Shown one piece after another: positions 32,033-46,281 of a DNA stretch of 64,000 nt (positions are counted from its first letter, which is position 1; every line of letters begins with the position of its first letter). Source of the stretch: the human T2T-CHM13v2.0 reference genome, Homo sapiens; the NCBI RefSeq assembly GCF_009914755.1, contig NC_060927.1, one strand, 5' to 3'. The position numbers and the translations under genes are program-made. The notes under the pieces were generated by a model that was not told the DNA's origin, made no database searches, and saw nothing but the letters and a program-made list of their open reading frames with translations.

Positions 32033-33473
32033 CATGGTTAAAACCAATCACTCAACCACCAAACACTCTGGGAGCTTTTAATATCCACCTAGAAGCAGGA
32101 AGGCCAAGAATAGAGAAGGGACATGATGTAGCTTCCCACTTACAACATTTTTCAACAAGGCAAAAAAACACAAATAACTGAACAAACCATTAATATGTGG
32201 TCCTTGTGCTTGGAGAAGGCTGATAATTTTGAGAGTTTATCACATACTTAGCACTGGACCAACTCTGGTAGGTGAATTGTCTCATGGAATTCTCCCATCA
32301 GTTCTGGAGATTTTAATCTTCATTTCCTTCAATTCAGAAAACTGGTACCAAGAAGTCCTATAATGCAGTCGAGGCTACCCAGCCAGTGAAGGGATTAAGG
32401 TCAAACAAGTGATGGGAAAAGCCAGTGATGCTAGCCTAGGTTGGAATATGGTCAGTACTCTCAACAGGGTGAGATTCCTGCAAGTGGAGGAACATTGGCA
32501 CAAGAAGCACAGTCTCAGTTGGGTTCCACAGCATGGGTAGGATTGAGCTTTGGTAGGGCAGAAAGAAACAGTATTCTAGAAGTAAGGAAAATAGCAAATG
32601 CTGAGAAGTGGGAAAGATGGAGCTGTGTTGAGGCCTAGGTCTAAATATAATGGGCATCAGAGGGAAAAGCTGCAGGGAATGTTGAGAACACATTTTCCAT
32701 GGCCATGGGGTACGGGATGTAAAAGTGGGATTTTATTCTGAGTAGTAAGTGTGTCTTCAATAGAAACAAGTCTTTGGCAAAAGGCGGACCCTGCTAGTGC
32801 TGATGTCCCTCTTCCCTTCCCTCACATCCACCTTGAGCTTCTTCCCAAGAATCCATGCAGATTTGATTGGATCTCAGCACATTGCCTGGTTAGCATCCCA
32901 GCACTGCCATTTAACCTTGGATGGAATGACATCTCGTGAACATTTGGTACAAAAGATGGCTCATATAGGCAGAAGGTGACTCAGGCCAACATCAGCCTTG
33001 CACATCCTTCAGAAGGTACCTCCCAATAGGGCCTGCCATTTTCTCCCAAGTATGCCCAAGGTGGCCAGTTTTTCTCACTATCTTGGAACAGATCACCACT
33101 TTTTTGCTAGAGTGCATGATGAAGTCTTTCAATGTTTTAGGAACCTGGTGTTTGGAAAATGTGAACCTTTTAACATCAGAATCACACTTATTTTGGCAGC
33201 AGGCTGAAGCATGAGACAGTGGCACCTGGGAACAGAGTCTGACTGAGGCAACAGTGCTTTTTCTCCCACTTCCTGCTTGCTCTGGGGCCGACCCTCCTAG
33301 TCTGCAGTAGTAAGCAGGAAAGCCCATACTATGAAATTCTTTCTCTCTTTTGTTGCCAGGCACACAGGGCTTGATTCCAGTCATTTCGACGAGTTTATGA
33401 TTTGGCTCCACTTTGCATGTGCTCTCTTATTTAATTCTCACAACAACTGTAGGCACGGGGAAACATTAACAAC

Positions 33474-33812
<339 letters not shown>

Positions 33813-34519
33813 TAGAGAATTTAAGGAACAAACAACAATGGCTTGTAAGTGTTGGAGGTGGAATTTGAACCCAGGTTCTAGGGCTCTTGGCACAACTAGT
33901 CCTTTATCCTTGGGATAGGTGCTTAACCTCTCGGAGGCACTATATTGTGGTCTGTAAAATGATCATAGAACCATCTCATAGGGAAGACCTACGGAATAAA
34001 GACACCACTCTTCATCATCATGGTAACTTCCACAGATTAACTATGGTTGTCATCTTCATGTATCTGGAAGGGAAACACAAATGACATATTTTTTGAGGCA
34101 CTGTTCCCACCGTCCACGAGATCTAGGCTAACCGAGACAAGACAAACATGGAAGGTATAAACCAATGGCACATATGATTAAGTACCCAGAGAAGCCATTC
34201 AGCAAAAAGCAATCAGGTGTCTCAAGGAGGAGCGCTCTACAGGCCAGTCACAGTAGACAGAGTGACGGTTATTTTGGATCTTGATGTGAAGGCAAGAATG
34301 GGTGTCCAGATGCAGAGAGGGATGGTAGAAAAAACCATGGGCAAAAGTTTGGATCCAGGAAATGACCTGGTATATCCAGTTAACTAGAAGAGTCTAAAGA
34401 TTTTATTGTCAAATTGTTTATGACACTGAAAAAATGTGAAACAGTAGGGAAGTCAATGAAATGACTATGACCTATCCACAGAATAATATAAGATATAGCC
34501 TTAAGATAAGGTAGATTTC

Positions 34520-34826
34520 TTTTTTTTTTTTTTTTTTTTTTTTTTGAGACGGAGTCTAGCTCTGTGTCCCAGGCTGTAGTACTGTGGTGCAATTTCGGCT
34601 AACTGCAACCTCCGCCTCATGGGTTCAAGCAATTCTGCTGCCACAGCCTCCCTAGTAGCTGGGATTACAGGCATGTGCTACCATGCCCTGCTAATTTTTG
34701 TATTACTAGAGAGACAGGGTTTTGCCGTGTTGGCCAGGCTGGTCTCAAATTCCTAACCTCAAATGATTCACCCATCTTGGCCTCCCAAACTCCTGGGATT
34801 ACAGGCATGAGCCACCACACTTGGCC
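34520..34826 (-). mobile_element. AluS
   Basis: Full dimer; TSD ggtagattt. Confidence 0.95.
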
Positions 34827-35124
34827 GGTAGATTTTTAATATACATATGTAGGACAAAGACTTCCCTGCTTTCCAGGACAAGGTTAAACTTTCTTTCATG
34901 AGCACCCACAGTTTCTTGTACCTCTCTTCTGTAGCACTCCTCACATTTGTTGATTAATTATAGTGTGATTATTTGGATAATGCCTGTATCTTTCCCAATT
35001 AGACCTATAAGTACCACGGAATTAGGAACCACAACCACAGACCTTTAGGTTAATAATTATATTCCCATCCTCCAGCCTAATGCCTGGTACATAATGAGTA
35101 CTTCTTCAAATTTGTTCCAGTTAA

Positions 35125-35272
35125 GGCCAGGCCTCACACCTGTAGTCCCAGCTACTCAGGAGACATAGGCAGGAGGATCGCCTGAGCCCAGGAGTTCAAG
35201 GCTGCAGTGAGCTACCATCATGCCATTGCGCTCCTGCCTGGGTGACGGAGCAACACGCTGTCTCTAAAATAA
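35125..35272 (+). mobile_element. FRAM / free right Alu monomer
   Basis: Single monomer: cctgtagtcccagctactcagg...ggctgcagtgagct...gtctctaaaa. Confidence 0.8.
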
Positions 35273-36376
35273 TGTTTAAAACTTGTTCAAATTTTTTGCA
35301 CATATACATAAATGAAAGAATAAATGAATCTATGTTACATATGCAAGTAAAAATTTACTAATTATCAGTAATATTTAGTTAGGATGACAAGTCCAATCTA
35401 CTGGTTGTGCCTGTGAAGGGTCTCAGCCGTTGTTCAAGTTTAGGGAGGAAACAAAGTCTTGCGGGAGGAATGCCTGCCATTGTCATCCCTAGCCCGTGTG
35501 ACAGCTCACTGCCATGTTAGGTGTCAGCCAACGTATTATATATAAATTATGTGTGTAAGAGTATGACATGATGAATGACTTACCTAGAATATTATTCACC
35601 ACGTTTTTACAGTGACTTTTCTTGGGTGATTTTTACTTTAGATTTTCTTGGTTGCTTTAATTTTCCGAGTGTCTGTGACCTTGATGACTAAGAAAAAAAT
35701 TGGGCTATTTTCCTTTTCGAGGGCTTAACTGCCTCTCCCCTCCTCTGGTTGGGTCCCTGCTACACCTCCTTTCCCCTTCTCCTCCTACTCCAACCCCTGC
35801 TCTATCTGGGAGGATTTTGTTCCCCACAGAGGCACAGAGACCAGCACTGCCTCCACCTCCATTCTCCAACCTCCTTGCTAAGAGGGGGTAATCATCACTT
35901 CTCTTAGGAAAGTGAGAGTGACTCCCTACCTGGATGGGCAATAGGGAACAACCACCTCATGAATATGCATTGGATTCCGACAGGCTTTCAGCGGCAGGAT
36001 GGCAGAGCTGCTTTGACGCCCGCCATGACAGAGGGAAGGAAGCAGAAAATTCAAATACAGTAGTTTGTGGAGCAGAAGGATGCCCAGAGCCAACAGGCTA
36101 GAAGAAATTAAAGGTTCACTGACATTCCACTCAACCAAAGGCCTTCTTTATTCTAAGGAGGGAATAGCTATCTACAAAGAACTTGTCTTGTGACTATTCA
36201 TTTCTGCCATTACCACCGGCACAGTAGAGGCCTAAGGCAGCACACAACATCACCTAGAATGTCACTGATTCCTCCTTTAGGGCAGCAGTACAAGCCCAGA
36301 GTGTCTGACTGAGAGTTCCCAGAGCTGCCCACTATATTAGAGTTCTCCAGAGAACCAGAACAAATATGAGAGATGC

Positions 36377-36785
36377 ACAGACGATCCCCAACTTAGGATG
36401 GTTTGGCTCACAATTTTTTGACTTACATGGTGCAAAAACAACATACATTCAGTAGAAACTCTGATTCGAGTATCTGTATGATCATTCTGGTTTTGACTTT
36501 CAGCATGGTATTCAATAAATTACATGAGATACTCAACAGCTTATTATAAATTGGATTTTGTGTTAGATGATTTTGCCCAACTTCAGGTTAGTATGAGTGA
36601 TCTGAGCATGTTTAAGGGAGGTTAGGCTCAGCTATGAAGGTGATGCTCAGTAGGTTCAGATATATTTTGAGATGGGTTAAGAGACTCTTTGTGTTTAATA
36701 TTAAATGCATTTTTGACTGATGATATTTTCAACTTGTGATGGGTTTAACAGGACCTAACTGTGTTATAAATTGAAGTGTATCCAT
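36377..36785 (-). mobile_element. Tigger3a (GOLEM/MER7) MITE
   Basis: cagacgatccccaactta TIR; attcaataaattacatgagata; gtgttagatgattttgcccaac. Confidence 0.85.
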
Positions 36786-37235
36786 ATATCATATATATAA
36801 TATATACACACACATATATAATATTCTAATATATATACATGTATAGAATATTCTATTATACATGTATATTATGTAATATATGAGAATATATATTATATTA
36901 TATATTCATATATAATTCATTATAATCATAGATATATATGAATATATAAATTCATATCTAATATATATCCGATATATGAATATAATCATATATCCGATAT
37001 ATGGATATAATCATATATCCGATATATGGATATAATCATATATCCGATATATGGATATAATCATATATCCGATATATGATTATATCCATATATCGGATAT
37101 ATGAATGCATCATACATCGGATATATGATTATATATCATACCTCTGATATATGATTATATATCATACCTCTGATATATGATTATATATCATACCTCTGAT
37201 ATATGAATATATAATATATGCTATATATCTATTTT
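36786..37235. repeat. TA-rich minisatellite: 25-bp unit x~4.5, inverted copy, then 26-bp unit x3
   Basis: Units atatatccgatatatggatataatc and gatatatgattatatatcatacctct are directly visible. Confidence 0.9.
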
Positions 37236-37536
37236 TCATACACACAGATATCTACGGATTGGATGAATCCCTCCCACAACAGTGAGAGCTTACCTTCTTT
37301 CCTGAGACTACTGATTCAAATGCTAATCTCTTCCAGAAACACCCTAACAGACACACCCAGAAGTAATGTTTTACCAGCTGTCTGGGCATCACTTAGCCCA
37401 GTCAGGTTGATGCCTAAAGCTCATCATCACAAGGGGGACCCACTAGGAATTTCAGCCCCATTTCCCAAAGTGTGGTACCAGGATACCCATCTAATAGGAT
37501 GTTAATTGTTACCCTGCGTAGAAAGGTTGTATAAAT

Positions 37537-37829
37537 GGGGTATGATGGCTCACACCTGTAATCCCAGCATATTGAGAGGCCAAGGCAGGAAGACCACTTG
37601 AGCCCAGAAGTTCAACACCAGCCTGGGCAAGAGGGCAAGATCTTCTCTACGAAAAAAAAATTTTTTTTAGCCAGACATGGTGGCACGTGCGTATAGTCCC
37701 AGCTACTTGGAAGACTGATGTGGGAGGATTGCTTGAACCTAGGCATTTGAGATGGCAGTGAGCTATGATTGTGCCACTGCACTCCAGCCAGGGTGATAAA
37801 GAAAGACTGTGTCTCTTAAAAAAAAAAAC
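37537..37829 (+). mobile_element. AluJ
   Basis: Diverged dimer; TSD aggttgt(a/g)taa. Confidence 0.9.
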
Positions 37830-38194
37830 AGGTTGTGTAATAAACAAGTGTAGGATGTGTTAGTAAAACAACATAGCATCGGTTTTTTCACTTACTGTGG
37901 GATTTTGACACGGAGCTATACATTGTGAGGCTGGAACAGGTAAGTGAGGCTGACATTTTCTCAGCCTTATTTGACCAGAGAATACTTTTCTCATGTAATG
38001 TCTGGATGGACAAGTATTTCAATGAACAGAGTTCCAGAAATGTTGACATAAATATCTGTGGCAAGAGTCAGTGGGATTCCTCAGATATATTTTGAGATGG
38101 GTTAGGGGACCCTTTGTGTTTGATTGTTTTTCAGGATTTGACATCACAGTGGCAGCTGAATTGCCAAACGAAAAAGAAAAGTCTACAAGTCTTA

Positions 38195-38495
38195 GAAATG
38201 CAAGGTGGAGGAGAGAGGGAGATGTTGACCAAAGGGTATAAACTTGCAGTTATAAGTCCTGGGGACTTAATGTACAGCATGCTTGTGACAGTTAATAATA
38301 ATGTGTACTTAAAATTTACTAGGAGAGTAGATGTTAAGTGTTCTTTCCACAAAAAGGTAACTATGTGAGGCGGTGGCTATGTTAATTAGCTTGATTGTGG
38401 CAATAGTTTTACAATATATACGTATATCAAAACAGGTCATACACCTTGAATGCATACAAATTTGTCAAGTATACCTCAACAAAGCTAAAAAATAC
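38195..38495 (+). mobile_element. L1MA/MB 3' end
   Basis: aaagggtataaacttgcagttataag...aaggtaactatgtgagg...ttaattagcttgattgtgg. Confidence 0.8.
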
Positions 38496-40099
38496 AACAT
38501 TATTTGTTCCTGAATTGGTCATGTGCAACATGCAATCTTGCAAAGTGAACCCCATTGCTAGGGACAGGCAATCTTGCTAGTGAACCCCATTGTGCCACTG
38601 GTTCCCACTATAAGATTTGAGATGTGTTTTCTGAGATAGGATTTCCCTTCTTCAGCCAAGCTAGATGCCTCTCCAAAGCAGAGGTGGTGTAACAGCTTCT
38701 TCCAAAGCAAGAATCTTCTCTCCTCCTAGAAATGGTAACGTTCCTCCTGCACCGCCCCGTGCCTAACACCCTCCGTTCACACCCCAGATTTCTTTCTTGC
38801 TTTGCAGTTAGTTTAGTACTTCCCCTAAATCTATAAACTCCCCTGTTAGCTAAGTCAGAATTTTTCTTATATCTAGAGAAACCCTCATTTCCCCAGTGAG
38901 GCTTCCAGAACAGGATCATTATAGCTAAAGAAAAGTTTCTCATAATTTGAGTATAATGTATAGCATACATAAGCCAGGGGCCAAACTGTTACAGTAAATA
39001 GGAGAAGGAGGTGGTTAAATTGGGACTTTATCTTGGAAAAAAAGTTAACAATTGTTAATATTAGCTTTTTCTTTATATTTAGGTTGTAATCATAACTGTG
39101 AACTTTTTTGGCCACCAAACAACATGGTAGTGTGATTTGCACTGAACAATATACTTCATTCCATAACGTCTATATCAAAGTCATAAACATTTTACAAAAA
39201 TATTCCAGAGTTTTATCAAATTATCCCAGACCCCCTTATGATTCTTTGATATCTACATCTTTCTTTTCTGAAATGCTCATCTGTGATTTTCATGATTCAT
39301 TATTTCCTCCTCTTTCTTTGTTAAATGGCCTAATTTTACCAGGCTCCTCTTTATCAATGGCTTTGCATATGGTTCCAAAGTAGTTCTTATAAAACTCTCC
39401 TCCATACTCCCTAAGCAGTAGTTTTTCAATATCACTTTCATCAGTCTCATGAAATTTTGCTCCTTTTCCAACATAGAAAATTTCACTTTTTAATCAATTC
39501 ACATTGTTTTATTGGATGTTTAAAAGTATTCATGAGAGTGACCACAAACACTTAGAAGTGGCAGTTAGTGTTAAGTAGAAAGAAATGATTGAGTGGAGAC
39601 AGATCTGAGTAGTTATTACTGATTTTTTCTCATTGTGATGGCATCTGTTTTCTTTGGAAACCTGATCAACTGGGGTACTCAAATCATGTGGAGTCTTTAT
39701 GCACGCATCTGAAAATTCCTAAATTATAAACAACTAGTCCATTTTTCAGCTTGCAGTTTCACAAATATCAGACTTATAAATAAAAGAAAGATTTGAAGTG
39801 TTTTGTTGAGTGTTAGATTCTAAAATCAGAATTTTATGGGCATTTTTGAGGAAAAATATCACATAAAATCTACCAGCAATGGTGAAAAACCAGAGCACTT
39901 CTATTTTAATGTCTCATATTTTACTTGAGTATCTTTTGCACCCAATAAGTTGTAGTTCCACTTAAATACATTGAAATATGGATACATTTGCTTCTGTTTA
40001 TATAAAGTTAAAAACTAGGCAAAACTAGCCTTATGCTGTTTGAAATCGGGATAGTGATTACTCTTAGAATTCCTCGTAAGAAATATTTGTCTCTTTTTT

Positions 40100-40380
40100 C
40101 CCATTTATTTATTAAGTATTTTTAATAGTCAGGATCTCACTCCATGGCCCAGGCTGGATTACAGTGGTGTGATCATAGCTCATTGCAACCTCAAACTCCT
40201 GGGCTCAACTGATCCTCCTTCCCCAGCCTCCCAAGAAGCTGAGACGACTGGTGTACACCACCATATCTGGTTAATTTTCTCATTAAATTTTTTTTTTTTT
40301 TTTTTGTAGAGACAGGGTTTCACTATGTTGCTCAGGCTGGTCTCAAACTCCTGGCCTCAAAGAATCCTCCAGCCTTGGAC
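40100..40380 (-). mobile_element. AluJ, 5'-truncated
   Basis: gatcatagctca...ctcctgggctcaa J-type arms. Confidence 0.88.
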
Positions 40381-40685
40381 ATTTATTATATATTCTATAA
40401 TTTATTTGTATGACTATGGACTCATGAATAGTAAGTTTACACTTTGGGTTACAATCTAGTACTGTGTTATTTATTTATTTTGGCTCAAATTGTTCCATCT
40501 TTGACCATTAGGAACACCTTTAGGTTGGCTCCTCTGTCCTTTTGAAGAGCTACATTTGTATTTTGAGAATTTCCTTAATTTCTAGCAACACAAGGTGCTA
40601 TAGGCCCATTCTGTTTTTTTCCTGCCCCAGCTCTAAACTCAGCTATTTCTCCAAAAATCCCTGGCTCCTATAATTGGAGAATTGT
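40380..40685 (-). mobile_element. L1MC4-like fragment
   Basis: tatggactcatg...ctcaaattgttcc...cctgccccagc...ccctggctcc. Confidence 0.6.
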
Positions 40686-42507
40686 GGAAAATATAAACTT
40701 CTTGAAGACACTAATTTCTCCACATTCCTTTTCACCACATTCCAATACCTATAAAAGTCCTCAGCACCTAATAAGCCCTGGATTAGTTCTCGCAGAATGA
40801 ACACTTGAATGACTGAAAGGGTGTTATAACTTTATGAAATGTTCCAATATCCTCTAGATATATCATGTCTTAGCTAATAATCTGCTTAAAAGGGAAACAA
40901 TGAGCTTGGCCTCTGTATGCAGTGGGCCTGCTTAACTTTATGCTTTATTTCTTTATCTGTGTAATGGGGATAATAACACCTATTCCATAGGATTGTTACG
41001 AACTAATCAAATGGGACATTCTATTCAAAGCACTAAGAGGCATATGTGGCACATAGTAAGTGATCAATAAATACTAAGTATTGTTAGCCTTAGTGTATTG
41101 TGTACCCAGTGTGACCTGCATGTTGGTTTTGTGGTTCTTCCATGTATCTCCTATGGCAGCACCTATTGATTGACACAAATTCTCTATTTTAATCTGCTCA
41201 TTAGAGCCAAGGAGCAGCCTTCATCTCACCTTGTACTGTAGTCTGAGGAATATAAATAGTCACACCCTCCTCCTTTGGGCTTCAGACCCAACTGGAGAGA
41301 GAAAAAAAAAAGAAGAAGACAAAGTCCGATAAGAAGAAGGAATCCAAACCTTACTCCTGGTAACGTCCGGTTTTATCATTTGGTGTAAACCTGAGATCCA
41401 AATGGCCTGTTCACTCCTTCCCATAAGGTTAGACATGGGACCTGCTGGGAGATGGTTGGCTCCAAAGAGGGGCAAAAAAACTGGAAGCTACCAGTTGAGA
41501 TTAGGTTGCTCAAAAGACAGGCCATACGGGTGCAGCAAAGTTTGATACATTAGCCCTGCATAGGAGAGGGTTGTAGGCCAATGGATCTCAAACTCTGATT
41601 GAATCATCATATAGAGGAATTACACGATGGGGGAGAAGCTAGTGAGGAGCAGAGTAAAGACAGCAGCCTCTGCTCAATACTTCAGGGCAAGCTTATGTCT
41701 CCATTTTATGGACTTGCAATAATGACAAGAGAGGAAGAAAATGGTCCTTCACATCCTCCACCCACTTCCTATGAAGTGTGAATCACAGGAAACACAAATA
41801 TCCCTTCCTGCTCATTATCAGGCTTATGTCACATGTAAAGAACTTCAGCAACTGAAAAAGACCTCTCTGATTCACCTGAGCCAGAAAAATGCAGGGATCT
41901 GATTTATTTGATTTTTCTTTTTTTAAACTCTGTGTCCTTGGGCCCAAAACAAATACTATACATGGAAGTCAGTTACTTAGTTAGCACAAGAAGAGTTTTG
42001 TTTCCATGACATAAATTCAAGTTAGGATAGGTCAGGAGACTCGGGCAAAAACCACAGGCATCCCTCACACTGTGGATCACCTGACCTGAAAAGTGGATTT
42101 TTCAGACTTTTATGAATGGACTGATTGGCAGCCTCGAACCCGTTGGCACGGATGTGGCTGAGGATATTAAACTCAAGAACTGAGCTTGCAAAGAGGCCGT
42201 ATGTCACCTGTCAGCGCTGATGGATTGTGAGTGGGTGCTTAGAGTCTGATACTAAGCATTTTGAGGCCACTTTGAGCTCAGTGGGAAAGATGGCTGCAAT
42301 ATCACCAAGCTAAGTAGTGGTAAAGGCTTGGTTATTGTGATTCTTCTACCTTCTAGTTGGTCACATGTCAGCTTTTGCAGTAATTTCCCGACTTCTCGAA
42401 ATCTCAAAAGGCTCAAATACTTGTCTCTTTCTATAAGATGGATGCATCTTTGGGAGGGTAAGCTGTAAGACAGGACTCGTGGCAAGGACCAGAAACTCAT
42501 TTAACTA

Positions 42508-42927
<420 letters not shown>

Positions 42928-44371
42928 CCAGCTATAAACTTGCCACAAAGTAAACTAAATAGAATATTGCCAGAATCATGGAATCTCCTTCTATGCCCAA
43001 CCCAAATCCTATTCCTCACATAGTTTCCCTAGAGGAAACAAAAAACCTGTTGTTTTTCTTTAGTGGTTTGCCATACTCCTAAACAAAATATTGTTTCATT
43101 TTGGTGTTTGAGGAGATGATGAAAATGGAATCCTACCACATTTATTCTGCAGTTACTTGTTTTCTTTGTTAAACCTTATGTTCCTGAGAATTCCAGTTTT
43201 TATGGTATGTTCACTGTCACGTCCTTTATAGGTTTCCAATTTTTACATGACAATTAATTTTTCTATTCTATTATTGTGGGCTGTTTCCAGCATTTTATCA
43301 TTACAAGCAATACTGCTATAAACATAACTTTTACGTGACTCTAGGTGCACATTTGCAAGATTTCTCTAGCGTATATTCCTAGAAGTAGAATTTTGAGACT
43401 GCAAGCAATGTGCTAATTCAACTTCGCTAATTGGTGCCATATTGTCTTCTAAAGTGGTTGTGTCATTTAAAACTCCCACTTGTCAGGTAGTAGAGCTCCC
43501 CTTGTTTCCCATTTTCAGCAACACTTGGTATTGTTGGCTCGTTGATTTTTGCCAAACGACTGAGTGTGAAATGGTAATCTCTTTGAGATTTTAATTTGCA
43601 TTTTTCTGACAACAAATGAGGTTGAGCATCTTTTAATTTTTTTATGGGCATTTATATTTCCTTTGAAATGACTGTTGATGTCTTTTGTATATGTTTTTTT
43701 CAATTGGATGTTTTGTCTAAATTTCTGTTGGGTCATTTTGAGGACATTTAAGTTCTTAAAATCATCTGGAATTGATATTTATGTGTAGTGTGAAATAGGA
43801 ATCCAACTTCATGTTGTTTATATTGAAAACCAATTGTCCCAGTACAATTTTTTGGATAGTACATCCTTTCTTCACTTACATACCATGCCAGCTGTGTCAG
43901 GTTTCCATCTATGTGGGTTTTCTTCTAGAGTCACTGTTCTTGTACAATAGTTGATGTATCCCTATGACATATCACACAATCACCATGATTATAACTTCAT
44001 AATAAGTGTTGATATTTGGCAGAGTAAGGTCCCTGTCTGGCTCCTCTTTTAAACTGTTGTTATGACTCTATTCTAGTTCTCATAAATTTTAGAATTAGAT
44101 TGTAAAATCTCTCCCTGTCCTCAGACCCCTAACCTCAACCCTCCGACACACCAAAAAAACCTTATTAGGAGTTGAGTTTAAATGGCATTGAATATAAAGG
44201 TCTATTTGAAGAGAATTAATGTCTGTATAATATGGCTTCCCATTTATTTAGTAATTTCAACAGCATTTTATAACTTTCTACAGACTATATGTTTTAAAAC
44301 AGATTTATTGCTAGGAAAATTTCATTTGTCTCTCTCTGTGTCTCTTTTTAAGACAGGGTCTGTCTCTCACT

Positions 44372-44662
<291 letters not shown>

Positions 44663-46194
44663 TCATTTCTCTTTCAGTCTGTATACATATTAATTTATTT
44701 GTTTTTGAAATGAATAGGATCTCTAGCATTATTTTGAACAGTAGTGATGATAGAAAACATCAGTGTCTTGTTTCCGATCTTATACACATTGAAGATTTTT
44801 CCGTTATATATGATCTTTTCTATGGTTTTTGTTACCAAGCTATTTAATACTTTCAAGTTGAAAATACTTATATGCTGAGATAGATATTAAATGGGTGAAT
44901 AAATCGAGATAGACTGAGATGATAGAAATGATAAGTAGATTTCTATCAATGTATATTTTCACTAATAGGTGTTGAAATTTATCAGATTTTTGTGTTTGTT
45001 GTTAATCCTGTAATTTTCCTTTTTAAGTTCTGAAGTCAGACCATCCCTATAGCCCAGAGTAAAGACCTATTTGATTATAATGTATTTATAATACGTCTTT
45101 TATTCACTCAGCTCTATTTTACTGTGTGTTCACATGTAAATATTCTTAAGAGAAATAGACTTGTAAATTGCTTTCTTGTTTTATCCTTATCACATTTTGG
45201 GATCAAGGAGGTACTTGACTTATAAAATGAATTGTGCAATTTTCTCTTTCTCCCTTTTTTTTCCTCCTGGAAAAACTGAGTAGAGTAAGAATTATCTGCT
45301 CTTTGAAAGCTTGGAAGATCTCACCTGTAGAATCATTTGGGTCTGAGGCATATTGTAGAAGTGGGTAGGTGTTTAATGGCCATTGTAATTTCTATTCTAT
45401 TTTTCTATTTTTATCTTATGCCAAAGTGTTTCTTTTGTCCTTCTTTCAATTCCACTGAAATTGGAGTTGTTCGTAATGCTCTTTCATTTAATCTCTATAG
45501 TTATCTCCCCTTATCATTCTATATTTTGTTTTTCTGATTTTTTCCTTTGTGTACATGATCAGTCTTGCCAAAAGTTAATCTTTTTATCTTTTCAATTTTC
45601 TCTGCTTTTCCCCTCTGTCTGCTCTTATCTTTAGTGTATCCTTACTTCCTCACATATATCTATTTGCTCTATTTCCTTTCTCAACTTTATTTTTAAAGAG
45701 TTTTATTATGGTATAATTAACATAGAAAACTTAACTGCATAAAATGCAGGATTGATGAGATTTTACAAATGTATACACCCATGAGCCAATCACCACAATC
45801 AAAAGAATGAACACCTCCACCACACTCAACAGATTCCCTTATGCCCCTTTGTAACTTACTTCTTGCTCCCACCCATCCCAGCATCTTGGTCCACAGGCAA
45901 TCACTGATCTGCTTTCTGTTACTATAAACTAGTTTGCATTTCATATAATTTTACATAAATAATAATATATGTACTCTTTTTTGTATGACTTTTCTCAGCA
46001 TAATTATTTTGAGATTCATCTATATTGTTGTATCAAATATAGATATTGTGTCAGTACTTTATTTTTTTGATGCTGGGTGGTTTTTCATGATGTTTTGTGT
46101 GTGAGTCTTTGTATTGACATCTGTTCTTTTTTCTCTTGGGTCACTACCCAGGAATGGCTTACTATATTATGTGGTTGGTAGGTGATTAATTTTC

Positions 46195-46281
46195 TTTTTT
46201 ATTTTATTTTATTATTATTATACTTTAAGTTTTAGGGTACATGTGCACAATGTGCAGGTTAGTTACATATGTATACATGTG
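46195..46281 (-). mobile_element. Extremely 5'-truncated young L1PA (PA2/3-like) 3' tip
   Basis: ttatactttaagttttagggtacatgtgcacaatgtgcaggttagttacatatgtatacatgtg; TSD gtgattaattttc at 46182-46194 and 46279-46291. Confidence 0.9.

Larger units (their letters stand above)
36333..37431 (-). mobile_element. MLT2 (ERVL) LTR, interrupted by Tigger3a and a TA-rich minisatellite
   Basis: tattagagttctccagagaaccagaac at one end; aatgttttaccagctgtctgggcatcacttagcccagtcaggttga...catcaca at the other. Confidence 0.75.

Noticed and set aside
36961-37207. Regularly spaced 25-26 bp repeats resembling a CRISPR array
   Set aside because: Head-to-tail tandem units without unique spacers in primate DNA; this is a minisatellite.
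38532-38592. Short direct duplication gcaatcttgc..gtgaaccccattg (similar ones at ~8784-8810, 9860-9882, 9948-10001 and 49526-49578)
   Set aside because: Ordinary slippage-type micro-duplications with no sign of function.
41260-41480. Lys-rich stretch suggesting a processed pseudogene
   Set aside because: No recognisable parent protein, polyA tail or TSD.
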